A program made the translations under genes and the position numbers. 64,000 bases of DNA from Auanema rhodensis (lineage: Eukaryota; Animalia; Nematoda): positions 25,482,001 through 25,546,000 of the forward strand of contig OZ059900.1 of NCBI GenBank assembly GCA_964057225.1. The letters are read 5' to 3'. Below the pieces are notes generated by a model that did not search any database, was not told the origin of the DNA, and saw only the letters and a program-made list of their open reading frames with translations. Positions within the stretch are counted from its first letter, which is position 1, and every line of letters starts with the position of its first letter. Below, one piece after another: positions 10,870 to 25,231 of this stretch.

Positions 10870-13600
10870 GGGAAATACTGTGTTTTTGTATTTTTCTAGT
10901 GTTCAGCATGTAAAATGCTTCATTTTAGTATGTAACACGCTGAAATTCGTTGCATTTGACGACTCATATGAACAAAAATCGATTTAATCAATATTAGCCA
11001 TAAGGGGCGTGCCCTCAGAATATGCTAATTTCCTTAATTTTCTAACCCCTGTTTTTTTGTCGTGAAAGTGGAACTAGACGTTGTACGAACAATTTTGAGC
11101 TAGGTTTCATTGACATTGCATGAGTTTGAACACATGAAATCGTAAGTCAAAACCTTGTTTACAGCGAAATTTCCAAAAACTGGTTTTCCAGCATAATAAA
11201 AAATTTCTCATGGGAAATACTGTGTTTTTGTATTTTTCTAGTGTTCAGCATGTAAAATGCTTCATTTTAGTATGTAACACGCTGAAATTCGTTGCATTTG
11301 ACGACTCATATGAACAAAAATTGATTTAATCAATATTAGCCATAAGGGGCGTGCCCTCAGAATATGCTAATTTCCTTAATTTTCTAACCCCTGTTTTTTT
11401 GTCGTGAAAGTGGAACTAGACGTTGTACGAACAATTTTGAGCTAGGTTTCATTGACATTGCATGAGTTTGAACACATGAAATCGTAAGTCAAAACCTTGT
11501 TTACAGCGAAATTTCCAAAAACTGGTTTTCCAGCATAATAAAATATTTCTCATGGGAAATACTGTGTTTTTGTATTTTTCTAGTGTTCAGCATGTAAAAT
11601 GCTTCATTTTAGTACGTAACACGCTGAAATTCGTTGCATTTGACGACTCATATGAACAAAAATCGATTTAATCAATATTTGCCATAAGGGGCGTGCCCTC
11701 AGAATATGCTAATTTCCTTAATTTTCTAACCCCTGTTTTTTTGTCGTGAAAGTGGAACTAGACGTTTTACGAACAATTTTGAGCTAGGTTTCATTGACAT
11801 TGCATGAGTTTGAACACATGAAATCGTAAGTCAAAACCTTGTTTACAGCGAAATTTCCAAAAACTGGTTTTCCAGCATAATAAAATATTTCTCATGGGAA
11901 ATACTGTGTTTTTGTATTTTTCTAGTGTTCAGCATGTAAAATGCTTCATTTTAGTATGTAACACGCTGAAATTCGTTGCATTTGACGACTCATATGAACA
12001 AAAATCGATTTAATCAATATTAGCCATGAGGGGCGTGCCCTCAGAATATGCTAATTTCCTTAATTTTCTAACCCCTGCTTTTTTGTCGTGAAAGTGGAAC
12101 TAGACGTTTTACGAACAATTTTGAGCTAGGTTTCATTGACATTGCATGAGTTTGAACACATGAAATCGTAAGTCAAAACCTTGTTTACAGCGAAATTTCC
12201 AAAAACTGGTTTTCCAGCATAATAAAATATTTCTCATGGGAAATACTGTGTTTTTGTATTTTTCTAGTGTTCAGCATGTAAAATGCTTCATTTTAGTATG
12301 TAACACGCTGAAATTCGTTGCATTTGACGACTCATATGACCAAAAATCGATTTAATCAATATTAGCCATAAGGGGCGTGCCCTCAGAATATGCTAATTTC
12401 CTTAATTTTCTAACCCCTGTTTTTTTGTCGTGAAAGTGGAACTAGACGTTGTACGAACAATTTTGAGCTAGGTTTCATTGACATTGCATGAGTTTGAACA
12501 CATGAAATCGTAAGTCAAAACCTTGTTTACAGCGAAATTTCCAAAAACTGGTTTTCCAGCATAATAAAATATTTCTCATGGGAAATACTGTGTTTTTGTA
12601 TTTTTCTAGTGTTCAGCATGTAAAATGCTTCATTTTAGTATGTAACACGCTGAAATTCGTTGCATTTGACGACTCATATGAACAAAAATCGATTTAATCA
12701 ATATTAGCCATAAGGGGCGTGCCCTCAGAATATGCTAATTTCCTTAATTTTCTAACCCCTGTTTTTTTGTCGTGAAAGTGGAACTAGACGTTGTACGAAC
12801 AATTTTGAGCTAGGTTTCATTGACATTGCATGAGTTTGAACACATGAAATCGTAAGTCAAAACCTTGTTTACAGCGAAATTTCCAAAAACTGGTTTTCCA
12901 GCATAATAAAAAATTTCTCATGGGAAATACTGTGTTTTTGTATTTTTCTAGTGTTCAGCATGTAAAATGCTTCATTTTAGTATGTAACACGCTGAAATTC
13001 GTTGCATTTGACGACTCATATGAACAAAAATTGATTTAATCAATATTAGCCATAAGGGGCGTGCCCTCAGAATATGCTAATTTCCTTAATTTTCTAACCC
13101 CTGTTTTTTTGTCGTGAAAGTGGAACTAGACGTTGTACGAACAATTTTGAGCTAGGTTTCATTGACATTGCATGAGTTTGAACACATGAAATCGTAAGTC
13201 AAAACCTTGTTTACAGCGAAATTTCCAAAAACTGGTTTTCCAGCATAATAAAATATTTCTCATGGGAAATACTGTGTTTTTGTATTTTTCTAGTGTTCAG
13301 CATGTAAAATGCTTCATTTTAGTACGTAACACGCTGAAATTCGTTGCATTTGACGACTCATATGAACAAAAATCGATTTAATCAATATTAGCCATAAGGG
13401 GCGTGCCCTTAGAATATGCTAATTTCCTTAATTTTCTAACCCCTGTTTTTTTGTCGTGAAAGTGGAACTAGACGTTTTACGAACAATTTTGAGCTAGGTT
13501 TCATTGACATTGCATGAGTTTGAACACATGAAATCGTAAGTCAAAACCTTGTTTACAGCGAAATTTCCAAAAACTGGTTTTCCAGCATAATAAAATATTT
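10870..13600. repeat. Partial 5-mer (1710 bp offset) duplication in near-consensus domain
   Basis: Private SNPs AAAAATTTCTC (~11202 / ~12912), AAATTGAT (~11322 / ~13032), AGTACGT (~11615 / ~13325) and GTTTTAC (~11767 / ~13477) all recur at +1710. Confidence 0.8.
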
Positions 13601-14900
13601 CTCATGGGAAATACTGTGTTTTTGTATTTTTCTAGTGTTCAGCATGTAAAATGCTTCATTTTAGTATGTAACACGCTGAAATTCGTTGCATTTGACGACT
13701 CATATGACCAAAAATCGATTTAATCAATATTAGCCATAAGGGGCGTGCCCTCAGAATATGCTAATTTCCTTAATTTTCTAACCCCTGTTTTTTTGTCGTG
13801 AAAGTGGAACTAGACGTTGTACGAACAATTTTGAGCTAGGTTTCATTGACATTGCATGAGTTTGAACACATGAAATCGTAAGTCAAAACCTTGTTTACAG
13901 CGAAATTTCCAAAAACTGGTTTTCCAGCATAATAAAATATTTCTCATGGGAAATACTGTGTTTTTGTATTTTTCTAGTGTTCAGCATGTAAAATGCTTCA
14001 TTTTAGTATGTAACACGCTGAAATTCGTTGCATTTGACGACTCATATGAACAAAAATCGATTTAATCAATATTAGCCATGAGGGGCGTGCCCTCAGAATA
14101 TGCTAATTTCCTTAATTTTCTAACCCCTGCTTTTTTGTCGTGAAAGTGGAACTAGACGTTTTACGAACAATTTTGAGCTAGGTTTCATTGACATTGCATG
14201 AGTTTGAACACATGAAATCGTAAGTCAAAACCTTGTTTACAGCGAAATTTCCAAAAACTGGTTTTCCAGCATAATAAAATATTTCTCATGGGAAATACTG
14301 TGTTTTTGTATTTTTCTAGTGTTCAGCATGTAAAATGCTTCATTTTAGTATGTAACACGCTGAAATTCGTTGCATTTGACGACTCATATGACCAAAAATC
14401 GATTTAATCAATATTAGCCATAAGGGGCGTGCCCTCAGAATATGCTAATTTCCTTAATTTTCTAACCCCTGTTTTTTTGTCGTGAAAGTGGAACTAGACG
14501 TTGTACGAACAATTTTGAGCTAGGTTTCATTGACATTGCATGAGTTTGAACACATGAAATCGTAAGTCAAAACCTTGTTTACAGCGAAATTTCCAAAAAC
14601 TGGTTTTCCAGCATAATAAAATATTTCTCATGGGAAATACTGTGTTTTTGTATTTTTCTAGTGTTCAGCATGTAAAATGCTTCATTTTAGTATGTAACAC
14701 GCTGAAATTCGTTGCATTTGACGACTCATATGAACAAAAATCGATTTAATCAATATTAGCCATGAGGGGCGTGCCCTCAGAATATGCTAATTTCCTTAAT
14801 TTTCTAACCCCTGCTTTTTTGTCGTGAAAGTGGAACTAGACGTTTTACGAACAATTTTGAGCTAGGTTTCATTGACATTGCATGAGTTTGAACACATGAA
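13600..14900. repeat. Dimeric HOR (684 bp x2)
   Basis: Alternating monomers marked by TATGACC (~13708, ~14392) and CCATGAGG + CCTGCT + GTTTTAC (~14080, ~14764); the same pair also occurs at ~12028 / ~12340. Confidence 0.8.
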
Positions 14901-17900
14901 ATCGTAAGTCAAAACCTTGTTTACAGCGAAATTTCCAAAAACTGGTTTTCCAGCATAATAAAATATTTCTCATGGGAAATACTGTGTTTTTGTATTTTTC
15001 TAGTGTTCAGCATGTAAAATGCTTCATTTTAGTATGTAACACGCTGAAATTCGTTGCATTTGACGACTCATATGAACAAAAATCGATTTAATCAATATTA
15101 GCCATAAGGGGCGTGCCCTCAGAATATGCTAATTTCCTTAATTTTCTAACCCCTGTTTTTTTGTCGTGAAAGTGGAACTAGACGTTGTACGAACAATTTT
15201 GAGCTAGGTTTCATTGACATTGCATGAGTTTGAACACATGAAATCGTAAGTCAAAACCTTGTTTACAGCGAAATTTCCAAAAACTGGTTTTCCAGCATAA
15301 TAAAATATTTCTCATGGGAAATACTGTGTTTTTGTATTTTTCTAGTGTTCAGCATGTAAAATGCTTCATTTTAGTATGTAACACGCTGAAATTCGTTGCA
15401 TTTGACGACTCATATGAACAAAAATCGATTTAATCAATATTAGCCATAACGGGCGTGCCCTCAGAATATGCTAATTTCCTTAATTTTCTAACCCCTGTTT
15501 TTTTGTTGTGAAAGTGGAACTAGACGTTGTACGAACAATTTTGAGCTAGGTTTCATTGACATTGCATGAGTTTGAACAAATGAAATCGTAAGTCAAAACC
15601 TTGTTTACATCGAAATTTCCAAAAACTGGTTTTCCAGCATAATAAAATATTTCTCATGGGAAATACTGTGTTTTTGTATTTTTTTAGTGTTCAGCATGTA
15701 AAATGCGTCATTTTAGTATGTAAAACGCTGAAATTCGTTGCATTTGACGACTCATATGAACAAAAATCGATTTAATCAATATTAGCCATAAGGGGCGTGC
15801 CCTCAGAATATGCTAATTTCCTTAATTTTCTAACCCCTGTTTTTTTGTCGTGAAAGTGGAACTAGACGTTGTACAAACAATTTTGAGCTAGGTTTCATTG
15901 ACATTGCATGAGTTTGAACACATGAAATCGTAAGTCAAAACCTTGTTTACAGCGAAATTTCTAAAAACTGGTTTTCCAGCATAATACAATATTTCTCATG
16001 GGAAATACTGTGTTTTTATATTTTTCCAGTGTTCAGCATGTAAAATGCTTCATTTTAGTATGTAACACGCTGAAATTCGTTGCATTTGACGACTCATATG
16101 AACAAAAATTGATTTAATCAATATTAGCCATAAGGGGCGTGCCCTCAGAATATGCTAATTTCCTTAATTTTCTAACCCCTGTTTTTTTGTCGTGAAAGTG
16201 GAACTAGACGTTGTACGAACAATTTTGAGCTAGGTTTCATTGACATTGCATGAGTTTGAACACATGCAATCGTAAGTCAAAACCTTGTTTACAGCGAAAT
16301 TTCCAAAAACTGGTTTTCCAGCATAATAAAATATTTCTCATGGGAAAAACTGTGTTTTTGTATTTTTTTAATGTTCAGCATGTAGAATGCTTCATTTTGA
16401 TATGTAAAACGCTGAAATTCGTTGCATTTGACGACTCATATGAACAAAAATCGATTTTATCAATATTAGCCATAAGGGGCGTGCCCTCAGAATATGCTAA
16501 TTTCCTTAATTTTCTAACCCCTGCTTTTTTGTCGTGAAAGTGGAACTAGACGTTTTACGAACAATTTTGAGCTAGGTTTCATTGACATTGCATGAGTTTG
16601 AACACATGAAATCGTAAGTCAAAACCTTGTTTACAGCGAAATTTCCAAAAACTGGTTTTCCAGCATAATAAAATATTTCTCATGGGAAATACTGTGTTTT
16701 TGTATTTTTCTAGTGTTCAGCATGTAAAATGCTTCATTTTAGTATGTAACACGCTGAAATTCGTTGCATTTGACGACTCATATGAACAAAAATCGATTTA
16801 ATCAATATTAGCCATAAGGGGCGTGCCCTCAGAATATGCTAATTTCCTTAATTTTCTAACCCCTGTTTTTTTGTCGTGAAAGTGGAACTAGACGTTGTAC
16901 GAACAATTTTGAGCTAGGTTTCATTGACATTGCATGAGTTTGAACACATGAAATCGTAAGTCAAAACCTTGTTTACAGCGAAATTTCCAAAAACTGGTTT
17001 TCCAGCATAATAAAATATTTCTCATGGGAAATACTGTGTTTTTGTATTTTTCTAGTGTTCAGCATGTAAAATGCTTCATTTTAGTATGTAACACGCTGAA
17101 ATTCGTTGCATTTGACGACTCATATGAACAAAAATCGATTTAATCAATATTAGCCATAACGGGCGTGCCCTCAGAATATGCTAATTTCCTTAATTTTCTA
17201 ACCCCTGTTTTTTTGTTGTGAAAGTGGAACTAGACGTTGTACGAACAATTTTGAGCTAGGTTTCATTGACATTGCATGAGTTTGAACAAATGAAATCGTA
17301 AGTCAAAACCTTGTTTACATCGAAATTTCCAAAAACTGGTTTTCCAGCATAATAAAATATTTCTCATGGGAAATACTGTGTTTTTGTATTTTTTTAGTGT
17401 TCAGCATGTAAAATGCGTCATTTTAGTATGTAAAACGCTGAAATTCGTTGCATTTGACGACTCATATGAACAAAAATCGATTTTATCAATATTAGCCATA
17501 AGGGGCGTGCCCTCAGAATATGCTAATTTCCTTAATTTTCTAACCCCTGTTTTTTTGTCGTGAAAGTGGAACTAGACGTTGTACAAACAATTTTGAGCTA
17601 GGTTTCATTGACATTGCATGAGTTTGAACACATGAAATCGTAAGTCAAAACCTTGTTTACAGCGAAATTTCTAAAAACTGGTTTTCCAGCATAATACAAT
17701 ATTTCTCATGGGAAATACTGTGTTTTTATATTTTTCCAGTGTTTAGCATGTAAAATGCTTCATTTTAGTATGTAACACGCTGAAATTCGTTGCATTTGAC
17801 GACTCATATGAACAAAAATTGATTTAATCAATATTAGCCATAAGGGGCGTGCCCTCAGAATATGCTAATTTCCTTAATTTTCTAACCCCTGTTTTTTTGT

Positions 17901-18230
17901 CGTGAAAGTGGAACTAGACGTTGTACGAACAATTTTGAGCTAGGTTTCATTGACATTGCATGAGTTTGAACACATGCAATCGTAAGTCAAAACCTTGTTT
18001 ACAGCGAAATTTCCAAAAACTGGTTTTCCAGCATAATAAAATATTTCTCATGGGAAAAACTGTGTTTTTGTATTTTTTTAATGTTCAGCATGTAGAATGC
18101 TTCATTTTGATATGTAAAACGCTGAAATTCGTTGCATTTGACGACTCATATGAACAAAAATCGATTTTATCAATATTAGCCATAAGGGGCGTGCCCTCAG
18201 AATATGCTAATTTCCTTAATTTTCTAACCC
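14800..18230. repeat. 5-mer HOR (1710 bp x2)
   Basis: CCTGCT/GTTTTAC, ATAACGGG (15450 / 17160), TTGTTG, AACAAATG, TACATCG, TACAAAC, TTCTAAAA, TTCCAGT, AAATTGAT, CATGCAAT and TTTAATG...TTGATA all recur at +1710 (95-aa ORFs at 16250 and 17960). Confidence 0.9.
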
Positions 18231-18391
18231 CTGTTTTTTTGTCGTGAAAGTGGAACTAGACGTTGTACGAACAATTTTGAGCTAGGTTTCATTGACATTG
18301 CATGAGTTTTAACACATGAAATCGTAAGTCAAAACCTTGTTTACAGCGAAATTTCCAAAAACTGGTTTTCCAGCATAATAAAATATTTCTC

Positions 18392-21300
18392 ATGGGAAAT
18401 ACAGTGTTTTTGTATTTTTTTAGTGTTCAGCATGTAAAATGCGTCATTTTAGTATGTAAAACGCTGAAATTCCTTGCATTTGACGACTCATATGAACAAA
18501 AATCGATTTTATCAATATTAGCCATAAGGGGCGTGCCCTCAGAATATGCTAATTTCCTTAATTTTCTAACCCCTGTTTTTTTGTCGTGAAAGTGGAACTA
18601 GACGTTGTACGAACAATTTTGAGCTAGGTTTCATTGACATTGCATGAGTTTTAACACATGAAATCGTAAGTCAAAACCTTGTTTACAGCGAAATTTCCAA
18701 AAACTGGTTTTCCAGCATAATAAAATATTTCTCATGGGAAATACAGTGTTTTTGTATTTTTTTAGTGTTCAGCATGTAAAATGCGTCATTTTAGTATGTA
18801 AAACGCTGAAATTCCTTGCATTTGACGACTCATATGAACAAAAATCGATTTTATCAATATTAGCCATAAGGGGCGTGCCCTCAGAATATGCTAATTTCCT
18901 TAATTTTCTAACCCCTGTTTTTTTGTCGTGAAAGTGGAACTAGACGTTGTACGAACAATTTTGAGCTAGGTTTCATTGACATTGCATGAGTTTGAAAAAA
19001 TGAAATCGTAAGTCAAAACCTTGTTTACAGCGAAATTTCCAAAAACTGGTTTTCCAGCATAATAAAATATTTCTCAAGGGAAAAACTGTGTTTTTATATT
19101 TTTCTAGTGTTCAGCATGTAAAATGCTTCATTTTAGTATGTAACACGCTGAAATTCCTTGCATTTGACGACTCATATGAACAAAAATCGATTTAATCAAT
19201 ATTAGCCATAAGGGGCGTGCACTCAGAATATGCTAATTTCCTTAATTTTCTAACCCCTGTTTTTTTGTCGTGAAAGTGGAACTAGACGTTGTACGAACAA
19301 TTTTGAGCTAGGTTTCATTGACATTGCATGAGTTTGAACACATGAAATCGTAAGTCAAAACCTTGTTTACAGCGAAATTTCCAAAAACTGGTTTTCCAGC
19401 ATAATACAATATTTCTCATGGGAAATACTGTGTTTTTATATTTTTCTAGTGTTCAGCATGTAAAATGCTTCATTTTAGTATGTAACACGCTGAAATTCGT
19501 TGCATTTGACGACTCATATGAACAAAAATCGATTTTATCAATATTAGCCATAAGGGGCGTGCCCTCAGAATATGCTAATTTCCTTAATTTTCTAACCCCT
19601 GTTTTTTTGTCGTGAAAGTGGAACTAGACGTTGTACGAACAATTTTGAGCTAGGTTTCATTGACACTGCATGAGTTTTAACACATGAAATCGTAAGTCAA
19701 AACCTTGTTTACAGCGAAATTTCCAAAAACTGGTTTTCCAGCATAATAAAATATTTCTCATGGGAAATACAGTGTTTTTGTATTTTTTTAGTGTTCAGCA
19801 TGTAAAATGCGTCATTTTAGTATGTAAAACGCTGAAATTCGTTGCATTTGACGACTCATATGAACAAAAATCGATTTTATCAATATTAGCCATAAGGGGC
19901 GTGCCCTCAGAATATGCTAATTTCCTTAATTTTCTAACCCCTGTTTTTTTGTCGTGAAAGTGGAACTAGACGTTGTACGAACATTTTTGAGCTAGGTTTC
20001 ATTGACATTGCATGAGTTTGAAAAAATGAAATCGTAAGTCAAAACCTTGTTTACAGCGAAATTTCCAAAAACTGGTTTTCCAGCATAATAAAATATTTCT
20101 CAAGGGAAAAACTGTGTTTTTATATTTTTCTAGTGTTCAGCATGTAAAATGCTTCATTTTAGTATGTAACACGCTGAAATTCCTTGCATTTGACGACTCA
20201 TATGAACAAAAATCGATTTAATCAATATTAGCCATAAGGGGCGTGCACTCAGAATATGCTAATTTCCTTAATTTTCTAACCCCTGTTTTTTTGTCGTGAA
20301 AGTGGAACTAGACGTTGTACGAACAATTTTGAGCTAGGTTTCATTGACATTGCATGAGTTTGAACACATGAAATCGTAAGTCAAAACCTTGTTTACAGCG
20401 AAATTTCCAAAAACTGGTTTTCCAGCATAATACAATATTTCTCATGGGAAATACTGTGTTTTTATATTTTTCTAGTGTTCAGCATGTAAAATGCTTCATT
20501 TTAGTATGTAACACGCTGAAATTCGTTGCATTTGACGACTCATATGAACAAAAATCGATTTTATCAATATTAGCCATAAGGGGCGTGCCCTCAGAATATG
20601 CTAATTTCCTTAATTTTCTAACCCCTGTTTTTTTGTCGTGAAAGTGGAACTAGACGTTGTACGAACAATTTTGAGCTAGGTTTCATTGACACTGCATGAG
20701 TTTTAACACATGAAATCGTAAGTCAAAACCTTGTTTACAGCGAAATTTCCAAAAACTGGTTTTCCAGCATAATAAAATATTTCTCATGGGAAATACAGTG
20801 TTTTTGTATTTTTTTAGTGTTCAGCATGTAAAATGCGTCATTTTAGTATGTAAAACGCTGAAATTCGTTGCATTTGACGACTCATATGAACAAAAATCGA
20901 TTTTATCAATATTAGCCATAAGGGGCGTGCCCTCAGAATATGCTAATTTCCTTAATTTTCTAACCCCTGTTTTTTTGTCGTGAAAGTGGAACTAGACGTT
21001 GTACGAACATTTTTGAGCTAGGTTTCATTGACATTGCATGAGTTTGAAAAAATGAAATCGTAAGTCAAAACCTTGTTTACAGCGAAATTTCCAAAAACTG
21101 GTTTTCCAGCATAATAAAATATTTCTCAAGGGAAAAACTGTGTTTTTATATTTTTCTAGTGTTCAGCATGTAAAATGCTTCATTTTAGTATGTAACACGC
21201 TGAAATTCCTTGCATTTGACGACTCATATGAACAAAAATCGATTTAATCAATATTAGCCATAAGGGGCGTGCACTCAGAATATGCTAATTTCCTTAATTT

Positions 21301-24300
21301 TCTAACCCCTGTTTTTTTGTCGTGAAAGTGGAACTAGACGTTGTACGAACAATTTTGAGCTAGGTTTCATTGACATTGCATGAGTTTGAACACATGAAAT
21401 CGTAAGTCAAAACCTTGTTTACAGCGAAATTTCCAAAAACTGGTTTTCCAGCATAATACAATATTTCTCATGGGAAATACTGTGTTTTTATATTTTTCTA
21501 GTGTTCAGCATGTAAAATGCTTCATTTTAGTATGTAACACGCTGAAATTCGTTGCATTTGACGACTCATATGAACAAAAATCGATTTTATCAATATTAGC
21601 CATAAGGGGCGTGCCCTCAGAATATGCTAATTTCCTTAATTTTCTAACCCCTGTTTTTTTGTCGTGGAAGTGGAACTAGACGTTGTACGAACAGTTTTGA
21701 GCTAGGTTTCATTGACATTGCATGAGTTTGAACACATGAAATCGTAAGTCAAAACCTTGTTTACAGCGAAATTTCCAAAAACTGGTTTTCCAGCATAATA
21801 AAATATTTCTCATGGGAAATACTGTGTTTTTGTATTTTTCTAGTGTTCAGCATGTAAAATGCTTCATTTTAGTATGTAACACGCTGAAATTCGTTGCATT
21901 TGACGACTCATATGAACAAAAATCGATTTAATCAATATTAGCCATAAGGGGCGTGCCCTCAGAATATGCTAATTTCCTTAATTTTCTAACCCCTGTTTTT
22001 TTGTCGTGAAAGTGGAACTAGACGTTGTACGAACAATTTTGAGCTAGGTTTCATTGACATTGCATGAGTTTGAACACATGAAATCGTAAGTCAAAACCTT
22101 GTTTACAGCGAAATTTCCAAAAACTGGTTTTCCAGCATAATAAAATATTTCTCATGGGAAATACAGTGTTTTTGTATTTTTTTAGTGTTCAGCATGTAAA
22201 ATGCGTCATTTTAGTATGTAAAACGCTGAAATTCCTTGCATTTGACGACTCATATGAACAAAAATCGATTTTATCAATATTAGCCATAAGGGGCGTGCCC
22301 TCAGAATATGCTAATTTCCTTAATTTTCTAACCCCTGTTTTTTTGTCGTGAAAGTGGAACTAGACGTTGTACGAACAATTTTGAGCTAGGTTTCATTGAC
22401 ATTGCATGAGTTTTAACACATGAAATCGTAAGTCAAAACCTTGTTTACAGCGAAATTTCCAAAAACTGGTTTTCCAGCATAATAAAATATTTCTCATGGG
22501 AAATACAGTGTTTTTGTATTTTTTTAGTGTTCAGCATGTAAAATGCGTCATTTTAGTATGTAAAACGCTGAAATTCCTTGCATTTGACGACTCATATGAA
22601 CAAAAATCGATTTTATCAATATTAGCCATAAGGGGCGTGCCCTCAGAATATGCTAATTTCCTTAATTTTCTAACCCCTGTTTTTTTGTCGTGAAAGTGGA
22701 ACTAGACGTTGTACGAACAATTTTGAGCTAGGTTTCATTGACATTGCATGAGTTTTAACACATGAAATCGTAAGTCAAAACCTTGTTTACAGCGAAATTT
22801 CCAAAAACTGGTTTTCCAGCATAATAAAATATTTCTCATGGGAAATACAGTGTTTTTGTATTTTTTTAGTGTTCAGCATGTAAAATGCGTCATTTTAGTA
22901 TGTAAAACGCTGAAATTCCTTGCATTTGACGACTCATATGAACAAAAATCGATTTTATCAATATTAGCCATAAGGGGCGTGCCCTCAGAATATGCTAATT
23001 TCCTTAATTTTCTAACCCCTGTTTTTTTGTCGTGAAAGTGGAACTAGACGTTGTACGAACAATTTTGAGCTAGGTTTCATTGACATTGCATGAGTTTGAA
23101 AAAATGAAATCGTAAGTCAAAACCTTGTTTACAGCGAAATTTCCAAAAACTGGTTTTCCAGCATAATAAAATATTTCTCAAGGGAAAAACTGTGTTTTTA
23201 TATTTTTCTAGTGTTCAGCATGTAAAATGCTTCATTTTAGTATGTAACACGCTGAAATTCCTTGCATTTGACGACTCATATGAACAAAAATCGATTTAAT
23301 CAATATTAGCCATAAGGGGCGTGCACTCAGAATATGCTAATTTCCTTAATTTTCTAACCCCTGTTTTTTTGTCGTGAAAGTGGAACTAGACGTTGTACGA
23401 ACAATTTTGAGCTAGGTTTCATTGACATTGCATGAGTTTGAACACATGAAATCGTAAGTCAAAACCTTGTTTACAGCGAAATTTCCAAAAACTGGTTTTC
23501 CAGCATAATACAATATTTCTCATGGGAAATACTGTGTTTTTATATTTTTCTAGTGTTCAGCATGTAAAATGCTTCATTTTAGTATGTAACACGCTGAAAT
23601 TCGTTGCATTTGACGACTCATATGAACAAAAATCGATTTTATCAATATTAGCCATAAGGGGCGTGCCCTCAGAATATGCTAATTTCCTTAATTTTCTAAC
23701 CCCTGTTTTTTTGTCGTGAAAGTGGAACTAGACGTTGTACGAACAATTTTGAGCTAGGTTTCATTGACACTGCATGAGTTTTAACACATGAAATCGTAAG
23801 TCAAAACCTTGTTTACAGCGAAATTTCCAAAAACTGGTTTTCCAGCATAATAAAATATTTCTCATGGGAAATACAGTGTTTTTGTATTTTTTTAGTGTTC
23901 AGCATGTAAAATGCGTCATTTTAGTATGTAAAACGCTGAAATTCGTTGCATTTGACGACTCATATGAACAAAAATCGATTTTATCAATATTAGCCATAAG
24001 GGGCGTGCCCTCAGAATATGCTAATTTCCTTAATTTTCTAACCCCTGTTTTTTTGTCGTGAAAGTGGAACTAGACGTTGTACGAACATTTTTGAGCTAGG
24101 TTTCATTGACATTGCATGAGTTTGAAAAAATGAAACCGTAAGTCAAAACCTTGTTTACAGCGAAATTTCCAAAAACTGGTTTTCCAGCATAATAAAATAT
24201 TTCTCAAGGGAAAAACTGTGTTTTTATATTTTTCTAGTGTTCAGCATGTAAAATGCTTCATTTTAGTATGTAACACGCTGAAATTCCTTGCATTTGACGA

Positions 24301-25231
24301 CTCATATGAACAAAAATCGATTTAATCAATATTAGCCATAAGGGGCGTGCACTCAGAATATGCTAATTTCCTTAATTTTCTAACCCCTGTTTTTTTGTCG
24401 TGAAAGTGGAACTAGACGTTGTACGAACAATTTTGAGCTAGGTTTCATTGACATTGCATGAGTTTGAACACATGAAATCGTAAGTCAAAACCTTGTTTAC
24501 AGCGAAATTTCCAAAAACTGGTTTTCCAGCATAATACAATATTTCTCATGGGAAATACTGTGTTTTTATATTTTTCTAGTGTTCAGCATGTAAAATGCTT
24601 CATTTTAGTATGTAACACGCTGAAATTCGTTGCATTTGACGACTCATATGAACAAAAATCGATTTTATCAATATTAGCCATAAGGGGCGTGCCCTCAGAA
24701 TATGCTAATTTCCTTAATTTTCTAACCCCTGTTTTTTTGTCGTGGAAGTGGAACTAGACGTTGTACGAACAGTTTTGAGCTAGGTTTCATTGACATTGCA
24801 TGAGTTTGAACACATGAAATCGTAAGTCAAAACCTTGTTTACAGCGAAATTTCCAAAAACTGGTTTTCCAGCATAATAAAATATTTCTCATGGGAAATAC
24901 TGTGTTTTTGTATTTTTCTAGTGTTCAGCATGTAAAATGCTTCAGTTTAGTATGTAACACGCTGAAATTCGTTGCATTTGACGACTCATATGAACAAAAA
25001 TCGATTTAATCAATATTAGCCATAAGGGGCGTGCCCTCAGAATATGCTAATTTCCTTAATTTTCTAACCCCTGTTTTTTTGTCGTGAAAGTGGAACTAGA
25101 CGTTGTACGAACAATTTTGAGCTAGGTTTCATTGACATTGCATGAGTTTGAACACATGAAATCGTAAGTCAAAACCTTGTTTACAGCGAAATTTCCAAAA
25201 ACTGGTTTTCCAGCATAATAAAATATTTCTC
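18392..25231. repeat. Nested HOR: 3-mer (1026 bp) units inside an 11-mer / 9-mer super-repeat
   Basis: GTGCACTC-marked monomers (landmarks 19076, 20102, 21128, 23180, 24206) and TGAAAAAATG recur every 1026 bp; both super-units start with ACAGTG/CCTTG monomers (2 copies, then 3 copies) and end with a GTGGAAG/ACAGTT monomer plus a consensus-like monomer. Confidence 0.85.
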
